From Polyangiales bacterium (lineage in GTDB: Bacteria; Myxococcota_A; Polyangia; Polyangiales; Houyiibacteriaceae), in contig JBGCFM010000185.1 of the NCBI GenBank assembly GCA_045106895.1, forward strand, positions 1 through 36,808: 36,808 bases of DNA. The letters are read 5' to 3'. The position numbers were made by a program, and so were the translations under genes. Below the pieces are notes generated by a model. The model searched no databases, had not been told where the DNA came from, and saw nothing but the letters and a program-made list of their open reading frames with translations. Positions 26,717 to 35,161 of this stretch are shown piece after piece; position 1 is the stretch's first letter, and the number at the start of each line of letters is the position of its first letter.

Positions 26717-27862
26717 ATGCTTACACCTCGCCTCCTCTCTGTCTCCCTCTCGAGTCTTTTGGCTCTAAGCGCCTGTGGTGATGATTCGCCGATGGTTCAG
26801 GTCGACCCTGACCGTCAGGAGTTTGTCGCGGACTTTGTCGACGAGACCTTGATGCCAACGCTCGAGACTTTTGAGACGTCCGCGCGAACGCTCGAGGACG
26901 CCGCGAACGCTTACGCGGCCAGCCAGAACGACGACACGCGAGCCGCTGCCCAAGAGGCTTGGCGGACGACGATGAACGCGTGGCAGCACATCGAGCTTTT
27001 CCTTGTGGGCCCCGCCGGGTCCATGACCGAGGTTGCAGGTGGACAGGACATTCGCGATGAGGTCTACAGCTGGCCCCTCACCAACCGCTGCCGCATCGAC
27101 CAGGAGACCCTTGAGGACTCCCACGCCGATGGCGCACTCCTGCAGGCAGAGCTCGTCAACGTTCGAGGCCTCGACGCCATGGAGTACCTTCTCTTCGACG
27201 CCGACACGGAGAACGCATGTTCGCCGATCTCGCGCCTCAACATGGAAGGCAGCTGGGAGGCGATGCGCGCAAGCATTCCGGAACGTCGGGCGCGCTACGC
27301 AGCCACGGCCGCATCGCTGATTCATACGTCGGCGACCCGACTCATCGCTCTGTGGCGCGATGGCTACCGGGAAGAGCTCGTTGGACCGGGTGACAACTAC
27401 GGCACCAACCAAGAGGCGCTCAACGCCATCACCGACGCGCTCTTCTACCTCGACAAAGAAGTCAAAGACATGAAGCTCGCCGGCGTGGCTGGCGTCGCAG
27501 AGGAGATCGGCGTCCAGACCCGTGAGTCCCTCGATGCGAATGTGTCGATTCCGAACCTTCGGGCCAACCTTGATGCCTTCGCTCTCGCGTTCCGCGGGGC
27601 AGAGGGAGCGATGGGTCTGGAAGAGCTCCTCGAAGCCGCGGGTGCCGCTGACCTTGCCTCGCGAATGAACGCGGCCATCGACGCCGCCGTCGCCGAGCTG
27701 GCACGTTTGAATCCGGATATCCCGACCCTCGTCGCCGCCGATGAGCGGGCCATGTTGAGCGCTTACGAGCGCGTCAAAGACATCACGGATCTACTCAAAA
27801 CGGAGTTCATTGGCATCCTCGACCTCGAACTCCCTGATCGCGCCGAGGGGGACAACGACTGA
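26717..27862 (+). CDS. Imelysin family lipoprotein (iron-regulated)
   Basis: Lipobox LSAC, 'AAQEAW....AWQ..ELF.VGP', 'YSWP', 'RGLDAMEYLLF', 'KDMKL', and terminal 'EGDND'. Confidence 0.85.
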   Translation: MLTPRLLSVSLSSLLALSACGDDSPMVQVDPDRQEFVADFVDETLMPTLETFETSARTLEDAANAYAASQNDDTRAAAQEAWRTTMNAWQHIELFLVGPAGSMTEVAGGQDIRDEVYSWPLTNRCRIDQETLEDSHADGALLQAELVNVRGLDAMEYLLFDADTENACSPISRLNMEGSWEAMRASIPERRARYAATAASLIHTSATRLIALWRDGYREELVGPGDNYGTNQEALNAITDALFYLDKEVKDMKLAGVAGVAEEIGVQTRESLDANVSIPNLRANLDAFALAFRGAEGAMGLEELLEAAGAADLASRMNAAIDAAVAELARLNPDIPTLVAADERAMLSAYERVKDITDLLKTEFIGILDLELPDRAEGDND

Positions 27863-27874
27863 TTCACCCGCTCG

Positions 27875-28048
27875 CTCGTGCTCTGTCTCGGGAACACCGT
27901 GCTGCCGAGTGCGGTGGCGCTCCAACGCCACCGCGGTCTGTTCTGCCTCAACTTGAATGTACCGGTGTACATCCTCCGATGACGTAGTTTCCCCTCAATC
28001 CAACAACCGACGCCTCATCTGCGCGGTGTTCCCGAGACAGGGCATGAG
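27875..28048. other. Structured intergenic element: 28-bp terminal inverted repeat enclosing three hairpins (ncRNA or MITE/REP-like candidate)
   Basis: Arms 27875-27902 and 28021-28048 have 25/28 Watson-Crick pairs plus three G-T. Internal stems at 27911-27934, 27957-27972 and about 27978-28019. Confidence 0.65.
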
Positions 28049-28063
28049 TTCGATCGGAGTTAA

Positions 28064-28516
28064 CTAGTTTGGGAGGAAGAAGCTCCGCACCCAGTCATCG
28101 CCGATGCGATGGCAGCCGGTGCAAATCGTCGGCTCTCCCGAAAAAAGTGTGTCGCCGTCGCCGTTGTATTCGACCCAGAACCACCCCGAGTCCAGCTTCT
28201 CCATTCCGGCGACAAACATGAGGTCATCCCCGTCGTAACCATCTTTGACAATGATGGAGCCAGTTGGCCACGCGCTCGTCGTTTCGTCCGCCAATGCGTC
28301 GACGACGACTTGGTTGATGAAGACGTCGACGGAGTCGCCGTGGGCAGCACGGCTCGGTACGCGCTCCTCGTGATTCGGTGCGCGTTGCCAGGAGCGGTAG
28401 TCGTCCGCTTGAATCTCGTTCCAGAATGCTGCAGCAGCCTCCGGGTCTTGGTCGTCTCCGCACGAGGCCAGAAGAAGACTCGAGAGCACCAACGAGAACA
28501 ACGCGCTTTTCATCAT
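28064..28516 (-). CDS. Cytochrome P460-like lipoprotein
   Basis: Lipobox LASC-GDD, 'DYRSW', 'WPTGSIIVKDGY', 'AGMEK..GWFW..Y', and C-terminal CTGCH. The real start is at about 28516, not the 29692 given in the track. Confidence 0.78.
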   Translation of the reverse strand: MMKSALFSLVLSSLLLASCGDDQDPEAAAAFWNEIQADDYRSWQRAPNHEERVPSRAAHGDSVDVFINQVVVDALADETTSAWPTGSIIVKDGYDGDDLMFVAGMEKLDSGWFWVEYNGDGDTLFSGEPTICTGCHRIGDDWVRSFFLPN

Positions 28517-28603
28517 CGAACACTCGCCGACTCGCTGGCGGACGGCAAGCTTCTTTGACCTTTTGCCTTGCGGAAGCTGGGCTTTTTGACACGCGAAGAG
28601 AGA

Positions 28604-29911
28604 ATGGACCGCTCCAAAACGCATGAAACGATGAATGCGCGGCTTCGCCGACATCTCCTCGCGGGAATCGACCCGGCGAGCCTCATCGCGTTCCGTGTCC
28701 TCTTCGGCTTGGTGGCAGCCACCGGCGCCGCGCGCTTTCTTGTCTACGGCTGGGTCGAGCAATTTTACGAAGAGCCCAGCTTCTTCTTTCAGTACCTCGG
28801 CTTCGAATGGGTCACGCCACTGCCAAGCCCATGGATGCACATCGTCTTCGCGGCACTCGTCATCCTCGGACTGCTCATCGCCGCGGGCATCTTCTATCGG
28901 GCATCCGTCGTGTCGTTCTTCGTGCTCTTTACCTACGTCGAACTCATCGACGTCAGCGTTTACCTCAATCACTACTACCTCGTCAGCGTTCTCGCGCTCT
29001 GGATGTGCGTTCTTCCCCTCGGCGCTCTCAAGACGAGCGCGCCACGCTGGGCGCTCTACGCGCTTCGCCTTCAGGTCGGCGCCGTCTACTTCTACGCGGC
29101 CATCGCCAAGGCCACCGGCGACTGGCTCGTTCACGCTCAGCCTCTGCAGATCTGGCTCTCCGCCCGCACCGATGTCCCCTTCGTCGGACAGGCCATCGAA
29201 CTCATGAGCCTGGAGACATTTGCTCTCCTCGCGGCGTGGGCGGGTTTCCTTCACGACCTGCTCATCGTTCCCGCGCTGCTCTGGCGCCGTACGCGCGCGC
29301 TCGCCTTCGCGGCCCTCATGCTCTTCCATTTGGCGACGCACCTGCTGTTCAACATCGGCATGTTCCCACTGATCATGACGTGCGCAGCGACGGTCTTCCT
29401 CGCGCCGAGCTGGCCACGTCGCTTTGTTCGGAAGTCGTCTCCCGAGGAACACACGCATGTCGCCCCGAAGACCCCACTCATTGTCTTCGTCGCGCTTCTC
29501 GCGGCGGTTCAGCTTTTGGCGCCACTCCGTGCCTTCGCCTACGGCGGCAACGTCCTCTGGCACGAGCAAGGCATGCGCTTCTCGTGGCGGGTGATGTGCC
29601 GGGAGAAGAACGGGAGCGTTAGTTTTCGCGTTCGTAATGCCGAGGGGCGAGAGACCATCGTGGCGCCCCATCGTTACCTCACGGACTTTCAAGAGCGAGA
29701 GATGTCGTCGCAGCCGGACCTAATCCTTCAGCTTGCTCACCACATCGGCGCCGAGCACCCAGGCTCAGCAGTTTACGCTGACGCTCTGGTGTCACTCAAC
29801 GGTCGCCGTGCGACACGACTCATCGACCCTCAGCTCGATCTAATGCAGGTCGAGGACGGACAAGCGCTCGCGACTTGGATCTTGCCCGCGCCGACAACAC
29901 CGCCGCATTAG
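28604..29911 (+). CDS. HTTM-domain protein, vitamin K-dependent gamma-glutamyl carboxylase-like
   Basis: IDPASL..FRVLFG, YLNHYYL, VYFYAAIAK...DWL, FH......FNIGMFP, W.EQG.RFSWRVM, QPDLILQ.AHHI, VSLNGR....IDP. Start at 28604 or 28631. Confidence 0.9.
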   Translation: MDRSKTHETMNARLRRHLLAGIDPASLIAFRVLFGLVAATGAARFLVYGWVEQFYEEPSFFFQYLGFEWVTPLPSPWMHIVFAALVILGLLIAAGIFYRASVVSFFVLFTYVELIDVSVYLNHYYLVSVLALWMCVLPLGALKTSAPRWALYALRLQVGAVYFYAAIAKATGDWLVHAQPLQIWLSARTDVPFVGQAIELMSLETFALLAAWAGFLHDLLIVPALLWRRTRALAFAALMLFHLATHLLFNIGMFPLIMTCAATVFLAPSWPRRFVRKSSPEEHTHVAPKTPLIVFVALLAAVQLLAPLRAFAYGGNVLWHEQGMRFSWRVMCREKNGSVSFRVRNAEGRETIVAPHRYLTDFQEREMSSQPDLILQLAHHIGAEHPGSAVYADALVSLNGRRATRLIDPQLDLMQVEDGQALATWILPAPTTPPH

Positions 29912-31719
29912 TCGCCGACGCGCGCCGGACGTGCAAAGCGTTTTTGAAGCTCGCTCCAGCTACGGTTCACCCACAACGCGTTGAGGAAGAGCAGCGCGTT
30001 TGTGGCGGAGGTGAGCGCGTTTATCCAGCGCGGCTCTTCACGCACCGCAAAGCAGAGCGCGGTCATCGCGATGGCCGTCGGCCAGAAGCGGCGGCTGATG
30101 GTCCCTACGGCGATCATGGCGCCGGCGGCCCAGACGATGGGCAGCGTTTGAAAGAGCCAGAGAGAGCCCAGTCCGTGACGAAACGCCATCAAGGAGAGAG
30201 ACAAATCTCCAACCATCGTGCCAAGAATGATGGTGACGAGTGCCCTGTTTACGTACGATTTCACGATCGCTCGGCGAACCCAGACGGCGCCACCTGCCGC
30301 CAAGAGCAAGGACGCGAGATAAGGCGCGACAACGCCGAGGGGTGTCGCTTCGACGAAAGACTCCCGATAGAGGGGTCCGACGATCCCGATGGCGCCCACC
30401 AACGCGCTGAACGCTGCGCGCGTTCCCCGATACGTCAGTTCGCTCGTATGCGCGTCGAGACTTCGTCGGCGCCGCTCCGCTTCGTGCTCCGCCTGCTCCG
30501 CTGTGCGGAGCTTCGCCAGGAGTTCGGCGGGAGGCGCATGCACGCGCGCGACACTTCGTCGGGCGGACTCCAGGTTTCCTGCCTCAAGTTCCGCCTCCGT
30601 GAGTTCCAGATCCAACGCTCGCAGCTTCGCCGTGGCTAGCTCGAAGTCGGGCCAAGCATCCAGCGCTGCTTGATAGCCGAAACGTGACTTCGCGAGCGCT
30701 GCATCCGCCAGCGTCGTCTCGCCGGCGGCCCTTAGGTTGTGCCACGCGCCAAACGCTTCATCGGCGCTCTTCGCGATGGCTCGTGCGCCTTCATGCTTGA
30801 GATAGTCCTGGACCGCGGCGCGAAACTGAAGAGCCGACTCGAAGCGCGCCTTCGGATCGCGATGCATCGCGCAGGCACAGATTCGAACGAGCTCCGGTTC
30901 GTGATCCGGCATCGTCGGACCACGAAGAATGTTGTGAACGAGGCCCGTCATGGTTGCGGCGCTGTGGGGAGCGCGCTTCGCCAGCAGCTCGTAAAGAATC
31001 GAGCCGAGTAAGTAGATGTCGGTCCAAGGGCCGAGGGGGCTCGCTTCGGGGTCGAGCATTTCCGGCGCCATGTACGCGGGTGTCCCCGCGACCAACTTGG
31101 CCTCCGACGCGAGGGGAAAGCGCTCGCCGACCTCCGCGCTGGTGGCCACGGCGATTCCCCAGTCGACGAGGTAAACGTCACCGGCTTCGCCGACGAGCAC
31201 GTTCTCAGGTTTCAGGTCGCGATGGAGAAAGCCCCGCCGGTGCGCGAAGGCAACCGCCGTCGATACATCCATCAAAATGCGGAGCTGCTCGTCTAGGGAT
31301 ACGGGGGAGGGGCTTCGAAGGAGCTCAGCCCAGGAACGACCTTCGATGCGCTTGAGCACGATCTGGGGTGCGCCATCGTCGGCGAGGGTGATGTCGTGCA
31401 CGGGCACGATGTTCGGGTGCTCCAGGGCGCCGGTGGTCCAGGCTTCTTGGAGCAAACGATACGCCTTCTCTTCGCTTCGTTGGTCTGGACGAAGCATCTT
31501 CACGGCCACTTGTCGCCCCAGCGTCGTCTGCTCGGCGAGATGCACCTGCGCCATGCCCCCTTCGCCGATAACGGAGAGCAGCTCAACGCCGGGGCGCTCG
31601 CTCAACGCTGCGGCCGTCGGGGCTTCGTTAGGGACGATGGTCTTGCTGAAGTCTGGCGATTCGCTGAGCGTTCGCCGAAGCGTGTCGATGAGTGCGTCGG
31701 CCTGTGCGCTCGTCTTCAC
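29908..31719 (-). CDS. Ser/Thr protein kinase with C-terminal membrane helices
   Basis: IGEGGMAQV, VAVK, HPNIVPVHD, HRDLKPEN, DWG, GTPAYMAPE, DIYLLG; hydrophobic C-terminus. Confidence 0.93.
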   Translation of the reverse strand: MKTSAQADALIDTLRRTLSESPDFSKTIVPNEAPTAAALSERPGVELLSVIGEGGMAQVHLAEQTTLGRQVAVKMLRPDQRSEEKAYRLLQEAWTTGALEHPNIVPVHDITLADDGAPQIVLKRIEGRSWAELLRSPSPVSLDEQLRILMDVSTAVAFAHRRGFLHRDLKPENVLVGEAGDVYLVDWGIAVATSAEVGERFPLASEAKLVAGTPAYMAPEMLDPEASPLGPWTDIYLLGSILYELLAKRAPHSAATMTGLVHNILRGPTMPDHEPELVRICACAMHRDPKARFESALQFRAAVQDYLKHEGARAIAKSADEAFGAWHNLRAAGETTLADAALAKSRFGYQAALDAWPDFELATAKLRALDLELTEAELEAGNLESARRSVARVHAPPAELLAKLRTAEQAEHEAERRRRSLDAHTSELTYRGTRAAFSALVGAIGIVGPLYRESFVEATPLGVVAPYLASLLLAAGGAVWVRRAIVKSYVNRALVTIILGTMVGDLSLSLMAFRHGLGSLWLFQTLPIVWAAGAMIAVGTISRRFWPTAIAMTALCFAVREEPRWINALTSATNALLFLNALWVNRSWSELQKRFARPARVGD

Positions 31720-31791
31720 GACGCCACGGTATCGCCTTGGCGCTCTTCTGTGCGAGCTAAGTGAGCGATGAGGTTCGGAGTCGAGCCGCGA

Positions 31792-32391
31792 CTAGCGGAA
31801 GAACGCCACGAATCGTCGACGCATTCGAGCCCACCAACCGTTGGGCTGGCTGTGACGGCGGCGAGGAGCCAAGGGGGCGCTCGTTACGTTCAACAGTTCC
31901 TCCACCGAAGGCATCACCGGCGTCTCCGCGACGACCTCTCGCACGTATGAGAGCGTCTCCTGGCGCCGGCCTTGCGGACGCTTTGGGGTCACGGGAAGCA
32001 CGTCCCGGCTCGAACCGATCGTGTTCAGCAGCCCCTTCGTCGCGCGCATGGCCCGCGTCGATTCCATCAGGAAAGGAACCGTCGCGTCGCGTCGCCCATC
32101 GTCGTAGCGAACATCGAGGACAAGGCTTGGAACGCCGTCGCGAACACATACGCTGACGTTCTCGAGGGAGCCCTCCCGCCCGTCTTCGTCTCGTAGTTTG
32201 CCGTTCAGCTCCAAGAACGGGAGCTCTTGGCGGAGCGTCATGCCGGCCGCGTCTTGGTGCATCACCTTGGCGCGAACAGGAACGTTCAATGAGTTGAAGT
32301 AGAAGCGACCAACGTTGGTGGAAGCGGCTTTCGCGGCTGCTCCCTGCCTCGGAACATTAGACGTGACGAACTGTTCGGTGGAGAAGCGCAT
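31792..32391 (-). CDS. Hypothetical protein
   Basis: Open frame filling the gap between co-oriented genes; beta-rich N-half and basic C-terminus. Start at ATG 32391 is inferred. Confidence 0.6.
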   Translation of the reverse strand: MRFSTEQFVTSNVPRQGAAAKAASTNVGRFYFNSLNVPVRAKVMHQDAAGMTLRQELPFLELNGKLRDEDGREGSLENVSVCVRDGVPSLVLDVRYDDGRRDATVPFLMESTRAMRATKGLLNTIGSSRDVLPVTPKRPQGRRQETLSYVREVVAETPVMPSVEELLNVTSAPLAPRRRHSQPNGWWARMRRRFVAFFR

Positions 32392-32488
32392 GCATGGAAT
32401 AGATCCGATAGCTGCCGCCGCGTCCACTTTTTGACAGCGCATGTCTGCGCATGTAGGTGCGAAGTGTCCTCCACCCTGGGTATCGAAG

Positions 32489-33121
32489 CTAGGTCGTGTG
32501 AATCGGCGCGTCGGTCTTTGCCTCGAGTTCTTCGAGGGTCACGCCGGGGGCAAGTTCGACGAGCTCAAAGCCCTTCGGACCTACGTCGAGGATCGCGAGG
32601 TCTGTGATGATTCGGTTCACGACGCTCTTCGCCGTCAGGGGAAACGAGCACTCCGCGACGAGCTTCGGCAGGTCCTTCTTCGTCACGTGCGTTGTCAGCA
32701 CGATGATGCGTTTCGCGCCCGCCGCGAGATCCATCGCGCCGCCGATTCCCATGGTGCGGCCACCGGGTATCGCCCAGTTCGCCAAGTCGCCGTGCTGCGA
32801 GACCTGCATCGCGCCCAGAATCGCAAGATCCACATGACCGCCGCGAATCATGGCGAAACTCGTCGCCGAGTCGAAGGTGCTGCCTCCCGGGACGATGGTC
32901 ACGGTCTGCTTGCCCGCGTTGATGATCTGCGCGTCTTCATCGCCTTCGTAAGGGAAGGGGCCCATGCCGAGGATGCCGTTCTCGGACTGAAGCATCACGT
33001 CGCTTCCGGCGGGCAAGTGATCGGCGACCAAGGTCGGCAAACCAATGCCTAGGTTGACGACACTTCCGGGTGAAATCTCCGTCGCGGCGCGTGCCGCAAT
33101 CTCATCTCGCGAAAAAGGCAT
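32489..33121 (-). CDS. scoB: 3-oxoacid CoA-transferase subunit B
   Basis: VNLGIGLPT, QSENG (catalytic Glu), INAGKQ, SFAMIRGGH.D, GDLANW, GGAMDL. Confidence 0.92.
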   Translation of the reverse strand: MPFSRDEIAARAATEISPGSVVNLGIGLPTLVADHLPAGSDVMLQSENGILGMGPFPYEGDEDAQIINAGKQTVTIVPGGSTFDSATSFAMIRGGHVDLAILGAMQVSQHGDLANWAIPGGRTMGIGGAMDLAAGAKRIIVLTTHVTKKDLPKLVAECSFPLTAKSVVNRIITDLAILDVGPKGFELVELAPGVTLEELEAKTDAPIHTT

Positions 33122-33849
33122 CAGACTTTCTCCGTTGTTTTAGAGGCAGCCGCTTCGCGCGTCCGCACCGTTCGGTATTCGATGTGGTCTTCGTGTTCCG
33201 GCACATGCACGAAACGCTGCACGAACACGCCCGGCAGATGGACGTCGTCGGGGTCAAAGCCGCCGAGCTCCACCACCGTCTCCGCTTCGACGATGGTCGT
33301 CTTCGCCGCCGTAGCCATGATGGGACTGAAGTTCCGCGCCGTTCGATAGAAACGAACGTTGCCAAAGGGGTCGACGGCGCGTGCGCGAATCAGCGCGTAG
33401 TCCGCGTGAAGAGCGCGCTCTAGGATGTAGTCGCGACCTTCGAAGTTGCGCGTCTCTTTGCCTTCGGCGACCACGGTCCCAGCGCCAGTCGGCGTGTAGA
33501 ACGCAGGAATGCCTGCGCCGGCGCAGCGCATACGTTCGACGAAGGTCCCTTGCGGAATGACCGTCACGGCGTCGCGGTTTTCGCGCATCAACGCGTGAAG
33601 GTGCTCGTTCGTGCCCACGTACGTGCAGACAACGTTGCTGACGATGCCGGCTTCAAGCCAAGTCGCCAGGTTCTTTCCTAGGCTTCCCGCGTTGTTGCTG
33701 ATGAGCGTCAGGTCTTTTGCCCCGCTCGCTACGACGCCGGCGATGAGCGCTTCGGCGTTTCCGCAGAGCCCAAAGCCGCCGACCATGATCGACGCACTAT
33801 CGGATAGATCGCTCAATGCGCTCGCTGCGCTCGGATGAAGTTTGCTCAC
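33121..33849 (-). CDS. scoA: 3-oxoacid CoA-transferase subunit A
   Basis: GGFGLCG, ISNNAG, PQGT..ER.R..GAGIPAFYTPTG, GN.....TARNF, DPD.VHLPG. Confidence 0.92.
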   Translation of the reverse strand: MSKLHPSAASALSDLSDSASIMVGGFGLCGNAEALIAGVVASGAKDLTLISNNAGSLGKNLATWLEAGIVSNVVCTYVGTNEHLHALMRENRDAVTVIPQGTFVERMRCAGAGIPAFYTPTGAGTVVAEGKETRNFEGRDYILERALHADYALIRARAVDPFGNVRFYRTARNFSPIMATAAKTTIVEAETVVELGGFDPDDVHLPGVFVQRFVHVPEHEDHIEYRTVRTREAAASKTTEKV

Positions 33850-35072
33850 GTGCTCGCCTCCATAAGCGCGTCCTGAATCCCTTGGACGCCCGCTGCAAGG
33901 TCTTCTTCGGGAATGTTCAGTGGAGGGCTCAGTACGATGGCTCCGCCGTGCCCACGGAGCTGCTTTTCGCCCTTCACGTGAACGTGGATTTTTCGCGCCC
34001 AGAGCGCTGTTCGTAGCTTCGCTAACTGCGCTTCGCTCAGATCGAGGTCCACGCCGGCCAGGAGCCCGCGTACCCGGTTTCCCGTGACACAGGACGCGGA
34101 GAGCCCATTGAGCATCGCCCTCAGTGGCGCTTCCATGGCTGCGGCGCGCTCCACAAGCTTGTCTTCGTCGTAGACACGTATCGCCGCGAGTGCAGCAGCC
34201 ACGCCCAAGGGGTGCGCGTAGTGCGTCAGTCCCGTCGCGAGCGTGTTCGCTTCGAAGTGCTTCGATACCCGTTCGTGCACAAGCACTGCGCCGAGAACGC
34301 CGTAGCCAGCGGTCAGTGCTTTTCCGCAGGTGATGAGATCCGGCGTCGCGCCGAAGTGCTCCAGTGCGAAGAACTTCCCCGTGCGGCCGAAGCCCACGAG
34401 CACCTCATCGGCCACCCAAAGTGCGCCGTGTTCGTCGCATGCTTTTCGTACCGCTTGATAGTAGCCGTCCGGTGGAATCAGAACGCCGTTGGCGCCGACG
34501 ATGGGTTCAAGGAAGACCGCGGCGACGTTCTCTTCAAGGGAGAGCGTCCTGGGGATCGCGGTTCCATTCGGAAGCGCTCCGGCGTGTTGGTCGAGGTCCG
34601 TCACGTGCACCGCGCCGACAAGCCCAGGCTCCACAGCTGTGCGCCGCCAGTCGCCGGTCAAGCTCACGGCGCCCATCGAAGAGCCATGGTAGCTGCGGTA
34701 GCGCGACACCACCTTGTATCGCCCGGTGACGAGCCGCGCGATCTTCAGCGCGTGCTCGTTGGCGTCACTTCCGCCGAGGCAAAAGAACACGCGGTCGTAG
34801 CCCGGCGGCGCCTTCGCCAAGAGCTCCTTCGCGAGAGCTGTCTTCTCCGGGTACACGCCGCTCGGTACAGAGACGCAGAGCCGCTCCGCCTGCGCCTTGA
34901 CGGCGTCGATGATGCGTCGCTCTCCATGCCCCGCGTTCATCTGATAGATGAGGCCGCCGAGGTCGAGCACCCGCCCATCCGGCGTCTCAAAGTACGCGCC
35001 TTCGCCGCCGGTGATCTCGATGGGCTTCGCACCCAGCTGCGACTGCCATGTAAAAAAGAAGGGGTGCGTCAT
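33846..35072 (-). CDS. Class III PLP-dependent aminotransferase (omega/beta-amino acid type)
   Basis: FFTWQSQ, GGSDANE.A.K.AR, YRSYHG, EPIVG.NG, DEV..GFGRTG, PDLIT.GK (PLP Lys), GLTHYAHP. Start placed at ATG 35072. Confidence 0.9.
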   Translation of the reverse strand: MTHPFFFTWQSQLGAKPIEITGGEGAYFETPDGRVLDLGGLIYQMNAGHGERRIIDAVKAQAERLCVSVPSGVYPEKTALAKELLAKAPPGYDRVFFCLGGSDANEHALKIARLVTGRYKVVSRYRSYHGSSMGAVSLTGDWRRTAVEPGLVGAVHVTDLDQHAGALPNGTAIPRTLSLEENVAAVFLEPIVGANGVLIPPDGYYQAVRKACDEHGALWVADEVLVGFGRTGKFFALEHFGATPDLITCGKALTAGYGVLGAVLVHERVSKHFEANTLATGLTHYAHPLGVAAALAAIRVYDEDKLVERAAAMEAPLRAMLNGLSASCVTGNRVRGLLAGVDLDLSEAQLAKLRTALWARKIHVHVKGEKQLRGHGGAIVLSPPLNIPEEDLAAGVQGIQDALMEAST

Positions 35073-35124
35073 GAGCGGAAGCGTATTCAACGCGACCTCG
35101 CGGTGCGACCCAAAAGGGCCTCCC

Positions 35125-35153
35125 TGGACACTCTTGGCCCCACCGCCCATTCT
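35125..35153 (+). promoter_or_regulatory. Sigma70-like promoter of the symporter
   Basis: TGGACA-N17-CATTCT, 8 nt before ATG 35162, with no SD sequence. Confidence 0.5.
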
Positions 35154-35161
35154 CCCGCGGC

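Noticed and set aside
27763..27972. 69-aa minus-strand ORF inside the structured element
   Set aside because: GGAGG abuts the ATG with no spacer, the ORF overlaps imelysin antisense, and it has no recognisable features.
27875..28048. Retron msr-msd, tRNA, SRP, tmRNA or RNase P RNA
   Set aside because: Terminal inverted repeats recall retron a1/a2, but there is no RT gene and no long msd hairpin. I see none of the signature motifs of the housekeeping RNAs; 6S is not excluded without an Rfam search.
28517..29692. Long N-terminal extension of the 542-aa ORF
   Set aside because: Antisense shadow of the HTTM gene; the signal peptide and lipobox begin at about 28516.
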